A stretch of DNA of 64,000 bases from Acidobacteriota bacterium (GTDB lineage Bacteria; Acidobacteriota; UBA4820; DSQY01). This document shows, piece after piece, positions 44,704-52,470 of this stretch. Where the stretch lies: positions 752 through 64,751 of the forward strand of contig JBFMHB010000004.1 of the NCBI GenBank assembly GCA_040752915.1. The letters are read 5' to 3'. The notes beneath the pieces are model-generated. The model did no database searches. It had not been told where the DNA came from and saw only the letters and a list, made by a program, of their open reading frames with translations. The number at the start of each line of letters is the position of its first letter. The stretch's first letter is position 1. The position numbers and the translations under genes are program-made.

Positions 44704-47415
44704 GCTAACATGAGCCATGGCGCGTTGTTCGGGCTGCGGGAGGTCCCTCCACGAGGGCCTGCATTCCTGTCCGTCCTGCGGGGGCACGGCGGTTCCGGCG
44801 CGCATCGAGCGGGGCCTCCAGCCCCTCCGCGAGCCGGGTGACCTTCTCGAGGGGCGCTACCGAATCGAACGAGTCTTGGGCACGGGGGCCTCGGGCGTGG
44901 TCTACGGCGTCATCGACGAACTGGCCCGAACCCGTGTGGCGCTCAAGCTCCTCTGGGACCGTCCCGAGGAGGGAGACGGCACCCTCGAACGGCTGAGGCG
45001 GGAGATCAAGGCCTCCCTGCGGGCTCCCCATCCCCACCTTCTCCCGATCCACGACCTGATCCTGGTGGAGGAGCGGCCGGCGCTCCTGATGGAGTGGGTG
45101 GAGGGGGAGACGCTCCGAGATCGAATCCGAAGGGAGGGTGGGCTCCCCCATCGGGAGGCCGAGTCCGTGGCCGTTTGCATCCTGGCGGCCCTCTCCCACC
45201 TTCACGGCCTGGGCGTTCTCCACCGAGACGTGAAGAGCGGGAACGTCCTTGTGGGAGCCGACGGATCGGTCAAGCTGGGAGATTTCGGTCTGGCCAAGGG
45301 CGAAGACCTAGGAGAGAGCCTGACGCTCACGGGCGTGGCCCTGGGAACGCCGGGGTACATGGCTCCGGAGGTCATCCGTGGGGGTGAGGCTTCGGTGCGC
45401 TCGGACCTCTACGGCGTCGGCGCGGTTCTCTTCGAAATGCTGGCGGGGCACGTGCCCTTCCAGGGGACGAACAGCCTGGAGGTGGCCAGCCGCCAGCTCG
45501 CCGAGGAGCCGCCCTACCACCTTCTCAGGTCCCGGGGCGTGCCGAGGTGGCTGGTGCAAGTGACCGGACGCCTCCTTGCGCGGGATCCCTCGGACCGCTA
45601 CGCCTCCGCCGGGGAGGTCCTGCAGGCCCTGAAGGGCCGGTCGGCGGGCTTCTACTTTCCCCGGGTCTGGCGGCGGAGGGTCCTGGCGGCGGGTCTGGCC
45701 GCGGCCCTCGGAGGGCTCGGGTGGGGCCTCCTGGCGTGGCGGGAGGGGGGGAGCGACCTCACGACGGTCATCCAGGGGAAGCGCCTGGAGGTCCGGGACC
45801 GAAAGGGTCGGATGGTCTGGTCCCGGACATTCGACCGGCCCATCTGCTCTGCGCACTATGGCCGCTTCGGGCCGGAGGGGAGCGGTGCCGTGGCCGTTTC
45901 CTTCATGCCGACAGAGGAGACCCCCACCCTCTTCGGCAGTGATGAAGGCCGGACGTGGATCGAATGCTTCGACAGGAGCGGCCGCCCCTGGTCGCGGTTC
46001 CAGCTTTTCATGACCGACATCCCCTTCAGCCAGCGCTTCGTCGTAACCCTCGATTCCCACGTCTTCCGGAAGGGAGAGCCGGCGTGTCTGGTGGCCCGGG
46101 GCGTCCACGCCACCTGGTACCCCTCCGTTCTGAGCGTGTTTCGGATCCGGCGCGGAATGCAAGTAGATCACACCACCGCTCTCCCCCTCCTCAGCGTGGA
46201 GAACTCCGGCCACATCTCCCGATGGACCTACGCCGACCTCCACGGAGACGGCGTGGACGAGATCGTCTACGCCTGCGTCAACAACCGCCTCTTTCGTGCC
46301 CTTTTCGTGGGGGCCGTGGCTCTGAGAAGGGAAATGGGAGCAGAAGCGGCCATGGTCTCCTCCCCCGACTGCTCCGTGGACCCGCTGGACCATCCCATTT
46401 TCTACCGGTGCGTGGGCTTCGACAGCTACGACCGCATGACCTTCGGAAAGGCCGGGCCCCGGGGCGTCCTGCTCTTCGTGGACCCCGAGAGGCAGATCCG
46501 GAGGCTTGTTTCGCCGGAAGGCGACCTGGAGGATGAGGGAGAAGCGCTCTTTCCCCCTTCCCGACAGCTTTCGTCCTTCAACGGGCTGATCTTCCGCCTC
46601 GTCCAGCACCGGGAGGCCGGCCGGTGGGCGGATATGCTGGAGCTGTGCGAAAAGGAGTGGCCCGGGAACACTCCCGGCCCCTACGGCTACCTGGGCCGGC
46701 TCTTCCAGGCCTCGGCCCTCATCGGCCTCGGCCGGTACCGGGAGGCCCTCTCCCTCGCGGAGGCACCGCCGCCCCCCGGCCCTTCGACGCCGGCGCCCCG
46801 CTACCTGGAGCAGATCCGCGCCGACGCCCTCTTCTTTACGGGAGATTACCAGGGGTGCCAGAAGGCGGTGGACGAATCCTTCGCCGCGCCCCGTTTCGCC
46901 CGCATGGAAGTGGGGCAGACGGGTCTCTGGGCCGCCCTGTACGCCGGCGACGAGGTCTGGGGCCGGCGCCTCGTGGGGAGCGACCCCATCCGTGTTTTCG
47001 AGTGGTACGTGGACCTCTACCCCGGCATCGCCGCCTATTTGCGCGGGGACTTCGAAGAGGCCGAGCGCCGCTTCCGCCTCTCCTACGCCTCCGACGCCGG
47101 GGGCAAGGTGACGGAGCCGGGACTCTGGCTCACCGATGCCCTTCTGAGGCGGGGCCGGGCGGCCGAGGCCCGAAAGATCTTTGATGTGCTTTCAAAGACC
47201 TTTCCCGGTGAGCACCTCCAAGAGGGTGAACTGGGTCTCTTTCTGAGGTTCCGCGAAGGGACATCTCCCGCCCTTCTGGTGCCCGCCTTCGACGGCCTCC
47301 TGGCCCGGCGCCGCCTGGAGGCGGCCACCGAACCCGAGGCCCGGGCCCTGCTCCCCCTCACCCTCGCCCGATCCGCCGCCCTCCACCGCGCCGCCGGCGA
47401 CCTGCCCGCCGCCCG
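44652..47415 (+). repeat. Tandem duplication, copy 2
   Basis: See copy 1. Confidence 0.9.
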
Positions 47416-47488
47416 CCGCCTCGAGGCCGAAGCCCGGCGCCTCGCCCCCCCTTCCTGGAAGGCCGCGTTGAAGATGCCAGGGGATTGA
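44717..47488 (+). CDS. Membrane Ser/Thr protein kinase, copy 2
   Basis: 923 aa, identical to copy 1 through ...RRLAPPSWKAAL. It then ends KMPGD*, whereas copy 1 ends EMGGRGGEGSGEGRK*. Confidence 0.9.
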   Translation: MARCSGCGRSLHEGLHSCPSCGGTAVPARIERGLQPLREPGDLLEGRYRIERVLGTGASGVVYGVIDELARTRVALKLLWDRPEEGDGTLERLRREIKASLRAPHPHLLPIHDLILVEERPALLMEWVEGETLRDRIRREGGLPHREAESVAVCILAALSHLHGLGVLHRDVKSGNVLVGADGSVKLGDFGLAKGEDLGESLTLTGVALGTPGYMAPEVIRGGEASVRSDLYGVGAVLFEMLAGHVPFQGTNSLEVASRQLAEEPPYHLLRSRGVPRWLVQVTGRLLARDPSDRYASAGEVLQALKGRSAGFYFPRVWRRRVLAAGLAAALGGLGWGLLAWREGGSDLTTVIQGKRLEVRDRKGRMVWSRTFDRPICSAHYGRFGPEGSGAVAVSFMPTEETPTLFGSDEGRTWIECFDRSGRPWSRFQLFMTDIPFSQRFVVTLDSHVFRKGEPACLVARGVHATWYPSVLSVFRIRRGMQVDHTTALPLLSVENSGHISRWTYADLHGDGVDEIVYACVNNRLFRALFVGAVALRREMGAEAAMVSSPDCSVDPLDHPIFYRCVGFDSYDRMTFGKAGPRGVLLFVDPERQIRRLVSPEGDLEDEGEALFPPSRQLSSFNGLIFRLVQHREAGRWADMLELCEKEWPGNTPGPYGYLGRLFQASALIGLGRYREALSLAEAPPPPGPSTPAPRYLEQIRADALFFTGDYQGCQKAVDESFAAPRFARMEVGQTGLWAALYAGDEVWGRRLVGSDPIRVFEWYVDLYPGIAAYLRGDFEEAERRFRLSYASDAGGKVTEPGLWLTDALLRRGRAAEARKIFDVLSKTFPGEHLQEGELGLFLRFREGTSPALLVPAFDGLLARRRLEAATEPEARALLPLTLARSAALHRAAGDLPAARRLEAEARRLAPPSWKAALKMPGD

Positions 47489-47562
47489 GGGACCAGGGGA
47501 CTCAGAGGCTGGCAGACGAAAGGACGAGGGGATTGGGGGACTTGGGGACTGGGGGACTGGGT
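47480..47562. repeat. 8-nt array GGGGAYTN, 10 in-register units
   Basis: GGGGATTG AGGGACCA GGGGACTC AGAGGCTG GCAGACGA AAGGACGA GGGGATTG GGGGACTT GGGGACTG GGGGACTG. The copy 2 stop TGA lies in unit 1. Confidence 0.9.
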
Positions 47563-47613
47563 GGCCGTTTCCCGTTCCCGGATGCGCCGCCTAAGGCCGA
47601 TGTCCTCTCTGTT

Positions 47614-47709
47614 GGGGAGGGCCTTCGTGCCCTCCCGTCTTCGAAGGCCTCCACTGTGGCGGCCCTTGATTGCAAGAGCCGGCCCCTCGGTCCATGCGGG
47701 CATCGGCCG
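47614..47709. repeat. 96-nt dispersed element, copy 1 (starts with hairpin GGAGGGC-cttcgt-GCCCTCC)
   Basis: Aligns without gaps to 48156-48251 with 9 mismatches by my count. The last 46 nt are identical. Confidence 0.85.
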
Positions 47710-48155
47710 CTTCGAAGGCGTACTCCAGGCCCTTGCCGCTCCCGCTGGCTTGCTGGTGCGCCGATCCCCAGGTTCGGCTCTCTCCGCCCCATCCGGCCCG
47801 GCGCCTTCGACGCCTCCTCCGGGGCTCGGCCCGTTCCGTCGAAGCGCACGCGCTTCTCCGTCCCGGTCCTTCGCCCCGTCCGCCCTTCGGGCGGGCCGGA
47901 TTCTTCTGAGGCGGCCTGCACCCCCTGAACCAAGCCGGCCCCCCGAACTCCATGGGGAGCCGACGGCGACGGCCCTATTGCGGCGTCAGGCTTCGGCGCC
48001 CGCATCCTCAGCGTACAGGAAGTACGATTCCGGTGCGGCCGCCTCGCCTTCCTTGCCCTAGGGCCATCGGCGTCGGGACGCGCCTCCCTCCCTCCGGTCG
48101 GTCGGCTTCGGTCAACCCCGGCCAAGAAGCCGCACGCGGCGCCGATCGCGCCGTA

Positions 48156-48251
48156 GGGGAGGGCCTCCGTGCCCTCGCGCATTTGAAGGCCTCCACTACA
48201 GCGGCCCTTGCTTGCAAGAGCCGGCCCCTCGGTCCATGCGGGCATCGGCCG
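48156..48251. repeat. 96-nt dispersed element, copy 2
   Basis: See copy 1. The one mismatch inside the hairpin falls in the loop (cttcgt vs ctccgt). Confidence 0.85.
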
Positions 48252-48265
48252 TTACGCAGGCCCGC

Positions 48266-48300
48266 GCCTCTCGTCTTGCGTCTCACGTCTAACGCTTTGC
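48266..48300. repeat. 7-nt array (GTCTNAC family)
   Basis: GCCTCTC GTCTTGC GTCTCAC GTCTAAC GCTTTGC. Confidence 0.75.
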
Positions 48301-48363
48301 TCCGGTCGGGAGACCGGCGGGCGCGGGCGCCCGCCCAGCGGATCTCGCGTTCGCCTTTGTTTT

Positions 48364-48447
48364 CAAATCCCAAATCCCAAGTCCGAATGCCCCTTCTTTC
48401 CCTTCCCCCTTCCGCCTTCAGCATTCGGCCTTTCCCCTTCCTTCTCC
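48364..48447 (-). repeat. Composite element Z: 8-mers (GAAGGNNN) then 7-mers (TTTGGGA), read on the - strand
   Basis: The - strand reads ...TGAAGGCGGAAGGGGGAAGGGAAAGAAGGGGCATTCGGACTTGGGATTTGGGATTTG. It overlaps the last ~10 codons and the stop of the sigma54 activator. Confidence 0.8.
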
Positions 48448-50295
48448 CTGCTTCAATCCCCACTTACGCATCTTGAGATAGAGGTTGGGCCGGGTCATGC
48501 CGATCTCCTTGGCGAGGTCGGTGAGGCTTCCCCGGTGGCGGGCCAGGCGGTTGCGGAAGTAGTCCTCCTCGAAGCGCTCGCAGGCCTCGGCCCACGGTTC
48601 GCTCCACAGGGCGGTGGGGGGAAGGGGGCGGCCGTCGTGAAAGCGCTCCAGGAGGGCCGTCACCTGGGCCTCGGTGATCACCGGCCCGTCGCCCAGGAGG
48701 ACGGCCTGCTTGACAAGCGACTGCAATTGCCGGACGTTGCCGGGCCAAGAGTACCGTCGAAGGACGGAGACGGCCCGGTCGTCGAAGCCCTGGACGTTCT
48801 TCTGATACTCCCGGTTGGCCACCTGCAAAAAATAGTGAGCCAGGAGGAGGAGGTCGTCCCCCCGCTCGGTCAGGGGCGGGACGCGCAGAACCACCTGGGC
48901 CAGACGGAAGTAGAGGTCCTCGCGAAAGCGTCCTTCCCGGATGAGGGAAGAGGGATCCCGGTTGGTGGCCGCCACGACCCGCACGTCCACCTTCACCGGG
49001 CGGGCGCCCCCCAAGGGGACCACCTGCTTTTCCTCGAGCACCCGGAGAAGCTTCGGCTGAAGGCCCGCGGGAAGGTCCGAGACCTCGTCGAGAAAGAGGG
49101 TGCCCGAAGCGGCCCGCTCGAAGAACCCCGCCCGGCTCCGGTCGGCGCCCGTGTAGGCGCCGCGCGAGACCCCGAAGAGTTCGCTCTCGAGGAGCGTCTC
49201 GGGGATGGAGGCGCAATTGATGGCCACGAAGGGCCCCGCGGCGCGCCGGGAGAGCCTGTGGATGCGCCGGGCGAAGAGTTCCTTGCCGGACCCCGTTGGC
49301 CCGACGAGGAGCACGGAGGCCTCCGTCGGCGCGGCCTTGTCCGCCGAGCGGATCTCCTCCACGAGAAGGGGACTCCGTCCCACGAGGGGTTCGGCGCCAT
49401 CCGCCGTGGCCACGAGGTTCGCTTCCACGGCGCGCACCCGCTCGGCCAGCTCGCCCACCTTTACGTCGCGCGCCCTCAACTCCTCGCTCCACTCCGCCAC
49501 CAGCCGGCACACCACGTAAACCACCGGCAGGATTTCCTGGTGGCGCAGGAGGGGGTCCGCGCCCTCCTCGTGGAGGGCCAGAAACACCACGCGGCGGCCG
49601 CCGGCGCTCACGGGGAGGCAGGAGATCCGCACGGGGCCCGAGGGCGAGGCCGCCTCGGCGGAAGCCACCTTGGGCAGGGCGCAAAGGGCCTCGCGCTGGG
49701 CGGGAAGGAGGGCCTCCTCCGGAAAACGCCCCGAGGTCCCCGACAGGCAGAGGCGGTCCTCCTGCCAGGCGTAGCACAGGACCCCCCGGGCGCGCAGGGC
49801 CCCGCGGAGAAAGCGGCACGCGTGGGACCACTCCTGCCCCGTCCGGCCCTCGGCCAGGAAAGTCCCGAGAAGCGAGGCGATCTCGTCCAGGCCGTAGAGG
49901 CGGCTCTCGGATCCCCCGCCCCGGTTGTCCTCCCCGCCGCCCCCCAGGTCGGCCAGGGCCGTCACCCGGACCTCGGGAGCGGCGCCGCCGGCAGGAAAGG
50001 CATCGGTGCCCGATTCGGCCATCTGGATCGACGCCTCGCCCACGCCCAGCACGTCCCCCGCGCGAAGGGCCCCCTCCTCCTTCCGGGTCCCGTTGAGGTA
50101 GGTCCCGTTGGAGGAGCCCAGGTCGCGGAAGCGGACCTCCTCCCCCGACCGCGTAAGTTCCAGGTGGCGCCGCGAAACGTACCGAGCCCGCACCGGCAGG
50201 TCGCACTCCAGCGACGACCCCACCGTCAGGGATGTCCACCCCGCGAAGTCAACGAGGAGGGATTTCTCACCAGGGAAGCGAATCCAGAGTCTCAT
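48418..50295 (-). CDS. Sigma54-dependent transcriptional activator with N-terminal FHA domain (FHA, GAF-like region, AAA+, HTH)
   Basis: 625 aa. FHA (VSRRHLELTRSGEEVRFRDLGSSNGTYLNG), Walker A GPTGSGKE, GAFTGA-like loop ESELFGVSRGAYTGA, Walker B TLFLDEV, and a C-terminal HTH (LAKEIGMTRPNLYLKMRKWGL). Confidence 0.9.
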   Translation of the reverse strand: MRLWIRFPGEKSLLVDFAGWTSLTVGSSLECDLPVRARYVSRRHLELTRSGEEVRFRDLGSSNGTYLNGTRKEEGALRAGDVLGVGEASIQMAESGTDAFPAGGAAPEVRVTALADLGGGGEDNRGGGSESRLYGLDEIASLLGTFLAEGRTGQEWSHACRFLRGALRARGVLCYAWQEDRLCLSGTSGRFPEEALLPAQREALCALPKVASAEAASPSGPVRISCLPVSAGGRRVVFLALHEEGADPLLRHQEILPVVYVVCRLVAEWSEELRARDVKVGELAERVRAVEANLVATADGAEPLVGRSPLLVEEIRSADKAAPTEASVLLVGPTGSGKELFARRIHRLSRRAAGPFVAINCASIPETLLESELFGVSRGAYTGADRSRAGFFERAASGTLFLDEVSDLPAGLQPKLLRVLEEKQVVPLGGARPVKVDVRVVAATNRDPSSLIREGRFREDLYFRLAQVVLRVPPLTERGDDLLLLAHYFLQVANREYQKNVQGFDDRAVSVLRRYSWPGNVRQLQSLVKQAVLLGDGPVITEAQVTALLERFHDGRPLPPTALWSEPWAEACERFEEDYFRNRLARHRGSLTDLAKEIGMTRPNLYLKMRKWGLKQGEGRGKAEC

Positions 50296-50406
50296 GCCAC
50301 CGCAATCCTACCACGACGGAAAGAAGAAGACGGAGGAAAGGGTGGTCCAGCCCCCCTCTTTCTTGTGAGAAATATGAGGAGGCGTGGGGAAAGAGAGGAC
50401 TTGGGG

Positions 50407-50412
50407 ATTATA
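50407..50412 (-). promoter_or_regulatory. TATAAT box (- strand) upstream of the FHA-sigma54 activator
   Basis: The - strand reads GGTCTTATATAATCCCC about 110 nt upstream of ATG 50295. No good -35 element is seen. Confidence 0.25.
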
Positions 50413-50422
50413 TAAGACCGCC

Positions 50423-50452
50423 TGGTCTATAACGTCTACCGTCTAACGTCTA
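50423..50452. repeat. 7-nt array (AACGTCT family)
   Basis: GTCTA recurs at 50425, 50434, 50441 and 50448. Confidence 0.7.
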
Positions 50453-50525
50453 TCCGTGGATCGCCCGCCTGTCAACGGCGAGGCAGGCCTCCATGAGGGC
50501 TTCGCTGAGGGTGGGGTGGGCCTGG
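50450..50525 (-). pseudogene. Orphan duplicate of the last ~24 codons of lpdA
   Basis: Encodes AHPTLSEALMEACLAVDRRAIHG*, identical to the lpdA C-terminus. The nucleotides differ from 50790-50865 at 4 positions, of which the 3 within the shared codons are synonymous. No upstream coding continuity. Confidence 0.8.
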
Positions 50526-50548
50526 CGGCGCGCGGGGGCGCGCGCTTC

Positions 50549-50784
50549 CCAGGGGGGCTCGGGCGCCCCCCTAGGACGCCTGCCCGCGGCAGGCTGTAAC
50601 CCCCTCCCCTTGCGGGGGCGGTCCTCCGAGCGGGGGAACCTCCCCGTTCCCCCGCACCCCTTCGACACCGCCACGCCCCGAGAGGGAACAGACGCGCGAG
50701 GCCGAATTCACTTCGGCCGCAGCGCAATCCTTGAAGGGTGGGGTACAGCGAAGCGTCCTAGGGGAGGGCAGAGCCCTCCCCTGG
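50549..50784. mobile_element. MITE-like / long-hairpin insert bounded by ~31-nt imperfect inverted repeats
   Basis: Left arm 50549-50579 is CCAGGGGGGCTCGGGCGCCCCCCTAGGACGC. Right arm 50753-50784 is GCGTCCTAGGGGAGGGCAGAGCCCTCCCCTGG. They share a perfect 12-nt core, CCCCTAGGACGC / GCGTCCTAGGGG. Confidence 0.45.
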
Positions 50785-50789
50785 AGGGT

Positions 50790-52187
50790 CTATCCGTGTA
50801 TGGCCCGCCTGTCGACGGCGAGGCAGGCCTCCATGAGGGCTTCGCTGAGGGTGGGGTGGGCGTGGCTGGTTCGCGCGAGGTCTTCGGCGCTGGCCTTGAA
50901 CTCGAGGGCGAGGACGGCCTCGGGGATGAGGTCCGAGGCCCGGGGGCCCACGATGTGGACGCCGAGGAGCGTGTCGGTCTGGGCGTGGGCGAGGACCTTG
51001 ACGGCGCCGTCCTCCATGGCGAGGCTCTTGGCGCGGCCGTTGCCCTTGAAGAAGAACTTGCCGGCCTTGTAGGGGACGCCTTCGGCCTTGAGCTCCTCCT
51101 CGGTCTTGCCCACGCAGGCGAGTTCGGGGTGGGTGTAGACCACGTTGGGGATGGCGCCGTAGTTCACGTGGCCGGGCTTCCCGGCGAGGATCTCGGCGAG
51201 GGCGATGCCTTCCTCGGAGGCCTTGTGGGCCAGCATGGGGCCGCGGATGAGGTCGCCGATGGCGTAGACGCCGGGGAGGTTCGTCTCGAAGCGGTCGCTC
51301 ACGGCCACGCGGCCCTTCTCGTCGAGGATGACGCCGGCTTCCTTCAGGCCCGCCGCGGAGGAAGCGGGCTTGCGGCCCACGGCCACGAGGACCCGGTCGC
51401 AGCCCAGGATTTCCTTTTCGCCCTTGCCGTTTTCCAAGGTCAGGGCGACGCCGTCGGGAAGAACCTCCGCGGTCTTGAGGGTGGTGGCGGTCTTGATGAC
51501 GAGGCCCTGGGCCTTGAGGGAGCGCTCGAGAAGAGTGGACATCTGGCCATCGGCGAAGGGCGCCACGCGGGGGAGCATCTCCACCACCGTGACCTGGGCG
51601 CCCAGGCGGCGCCAGACGCTTCCCAGCTCGAGGCCCACGGCGCCCGCCCCGACGACGCACAGGTGCCCCGGCACGGATTCGAAGGAGAGGGCCTCGGTGG
51701 AGGTCACCACGCGCTCCCCGTCGAAGCGAAGGAAAGGAAGTTCCACGGGCACCGAACCCATGGCCAGGACGACGGCCTTGGCCTGCACGTCCTGGGAATC
51801 CCCTCCGGTCTTGATTTCCACGCGTCCAGGCCCCTTCAGGACGCCTTCCCCTTTGAGGACGGCCACCTTGTTCTTCTTCATCAGGACGCCGATGCCGTCC
51901 GTGAGGTCCTTCACGATGGCGGCCTTGCGGGCCATCATGGCGGTGAGGTTCAGGCGGACATCGGAAGGCTCCACGCCGTGGACGGCGAGCCCCTCGCGGG
52001 CCTCGTGGTAGCGCTCGCTGGATTCCAGCAGGGCCTTGGAGGGGATGCAGCCCACGTTGAGGCAGGTCCCGCCGAGCGTGGCGTCCTTCTCCACGAGGGC
52101 GGTCTTGAGGCCGAGCTGGGCGGCGCGGATGGCGCAGACGTAGCCACCCGGCCCCGCTCCGATCACGACGACGTCAAAGGGTTCCAT
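50790..52187 (-). CDS. lpdA: Dihydrolipoyl dehydrogenase (E3)
   Basis: 465 aa with VVIGAGPGGYVCAIRAAQLG, redox-active GGTCLNVGCIPSK, and C-terminal HAHPTLSE. Confidence 0.95.
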   Translation of the reverse strand: MEPFDVVVIGAGPGGYVCAIRAAQLGLKTALVEKDATLGGTCLNVGCIPSKALLESSERYHEAREGLAVHGVEPSDVRLNLTAMMARKAAIVKDLTDGIGVLMKKNKVAVLKGEGVLKGPGRVEIKTGGDSQDVQAKAVVLAMGSVPVELPFLRFDGERVVTSTEALSFESVPGHLCVVGAGAVGLELGSVWRRLGAQVTVVEMLPRVAPFADGQMSTLLERSLKAQGLVIKTATTLKTAEVLPDGVALTLENGKGEKEILGCDRVLVAVGRKPASSAAGLKEAGVILDEKGRVAVSDRFETNLPGVYAIGDLIRGPMLAHKASEEGIALAEILAGKPGHVNYGAIPNVVYTHPELACVGKTEEELKAEGVPYKAGKFFFKGNGRAKSLAMEDGAVKVLAHAQTDTLLGVHIVGPRASDLIPEAVLALEFKASAEDLARTSHAHPTLSEALMEACLAVDRRAIHG

Positions 52188-52295
52188 TATGGACTCCCGA
52201 GAATATGCATGGCCGAGATGCTACGATCCAGGAAGGACGAGACGTCACCCGAGCCCCCATAATCTGGGCGGAGGCTTCGCGGGTTCATCACGTCC

Positions 52296-52441
52296 CACAT
52301 TCCAAATCCCCAATCCGAAATCCCCAATCCCCAATCCCCAATCCCCAATCCCAAATCCCAAATCCCAAATCCCCAATCCCAAATCCGAAATGTCCCCTTT
52401 TTTCTTCCGCCTTTGGCCTTCAGCCTTCTGGCTTGCCCCTC
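52296..52441 (-). repeat. Composite element Y: 8-mers (GAAGGCNN) then 14 x 7-mers (TTGGGGA/TTTGGGA), read on the - strand
   Basis: The + strand carries CAAATCC CCAATCC GAAATCC CCAATCC x4 CAAATCC x3 CCAATCC CAAATCC (52296-52393). This is followed by CCCCTTTT TTCTTCCG CCTTTGGC CTTCAGCC TTCTGGCT. Confidence 0.9.
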
Positions 52442-52443
52442 CC

Positions 52444-52470
52444 GTTTCACGTCTCCCGTCTCCCGTCCAA
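52444..52470. repeat. 7-nt array (CGTCTCC) overlapping the sucB stop and last codons
   Basis: CACGTCTCCCGTCTCCCGTCCAAC. On the - strand this encodes ...DGRRET*. Confidence 0.75.

Noticed and set aside
41674-47415. Dismissing the kinase duplication as a pure assembly artefact
   Set aside because: Not dismissed. The two copies have distinct flanks and a few edge substitutions, which an assembler stutter would not create. Read-level confirmation is still needed, as stated in the finding.
47561-48245. ORFs 47561..48061 (+), 47502..48245 (-) and 47083..47703 (-) as real genes (MPAWTEGPALA... peptides occur twice)
   Set aside because: The translations are Pro/Arg/Ala/Ser low-complexity. The repeated MPAWTEGPALA peptide is the translation of the 96-nt repeat element, and there is no RBS. 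Treated as non-coding.
47500-48420. Known structured RNAs (tmRNA, RNase P RNA, SRP RNA, tRNA) in the large non-coding tract
   Set aside because: I could not find the conserved strings I know for these: the GGTTCGA-type T-loop with acceptor end, GAGGAAAGTCCGG for RNase P, or the GGAA-tetraloop SRP domain IV. I cannot exclude other RNA families without covariance-model searches.
52296-52393. Telomere-like repeat (TTGGGGA / TTTGGGA) implying a linear replicon end
   Set aside because: The array is internal, only ~100 bp long, and flanked on both sides by an intact operon (sucB and lpdA). It is one of many similar arrays. Noted only as G-rich, quadruplex-capable sequence.
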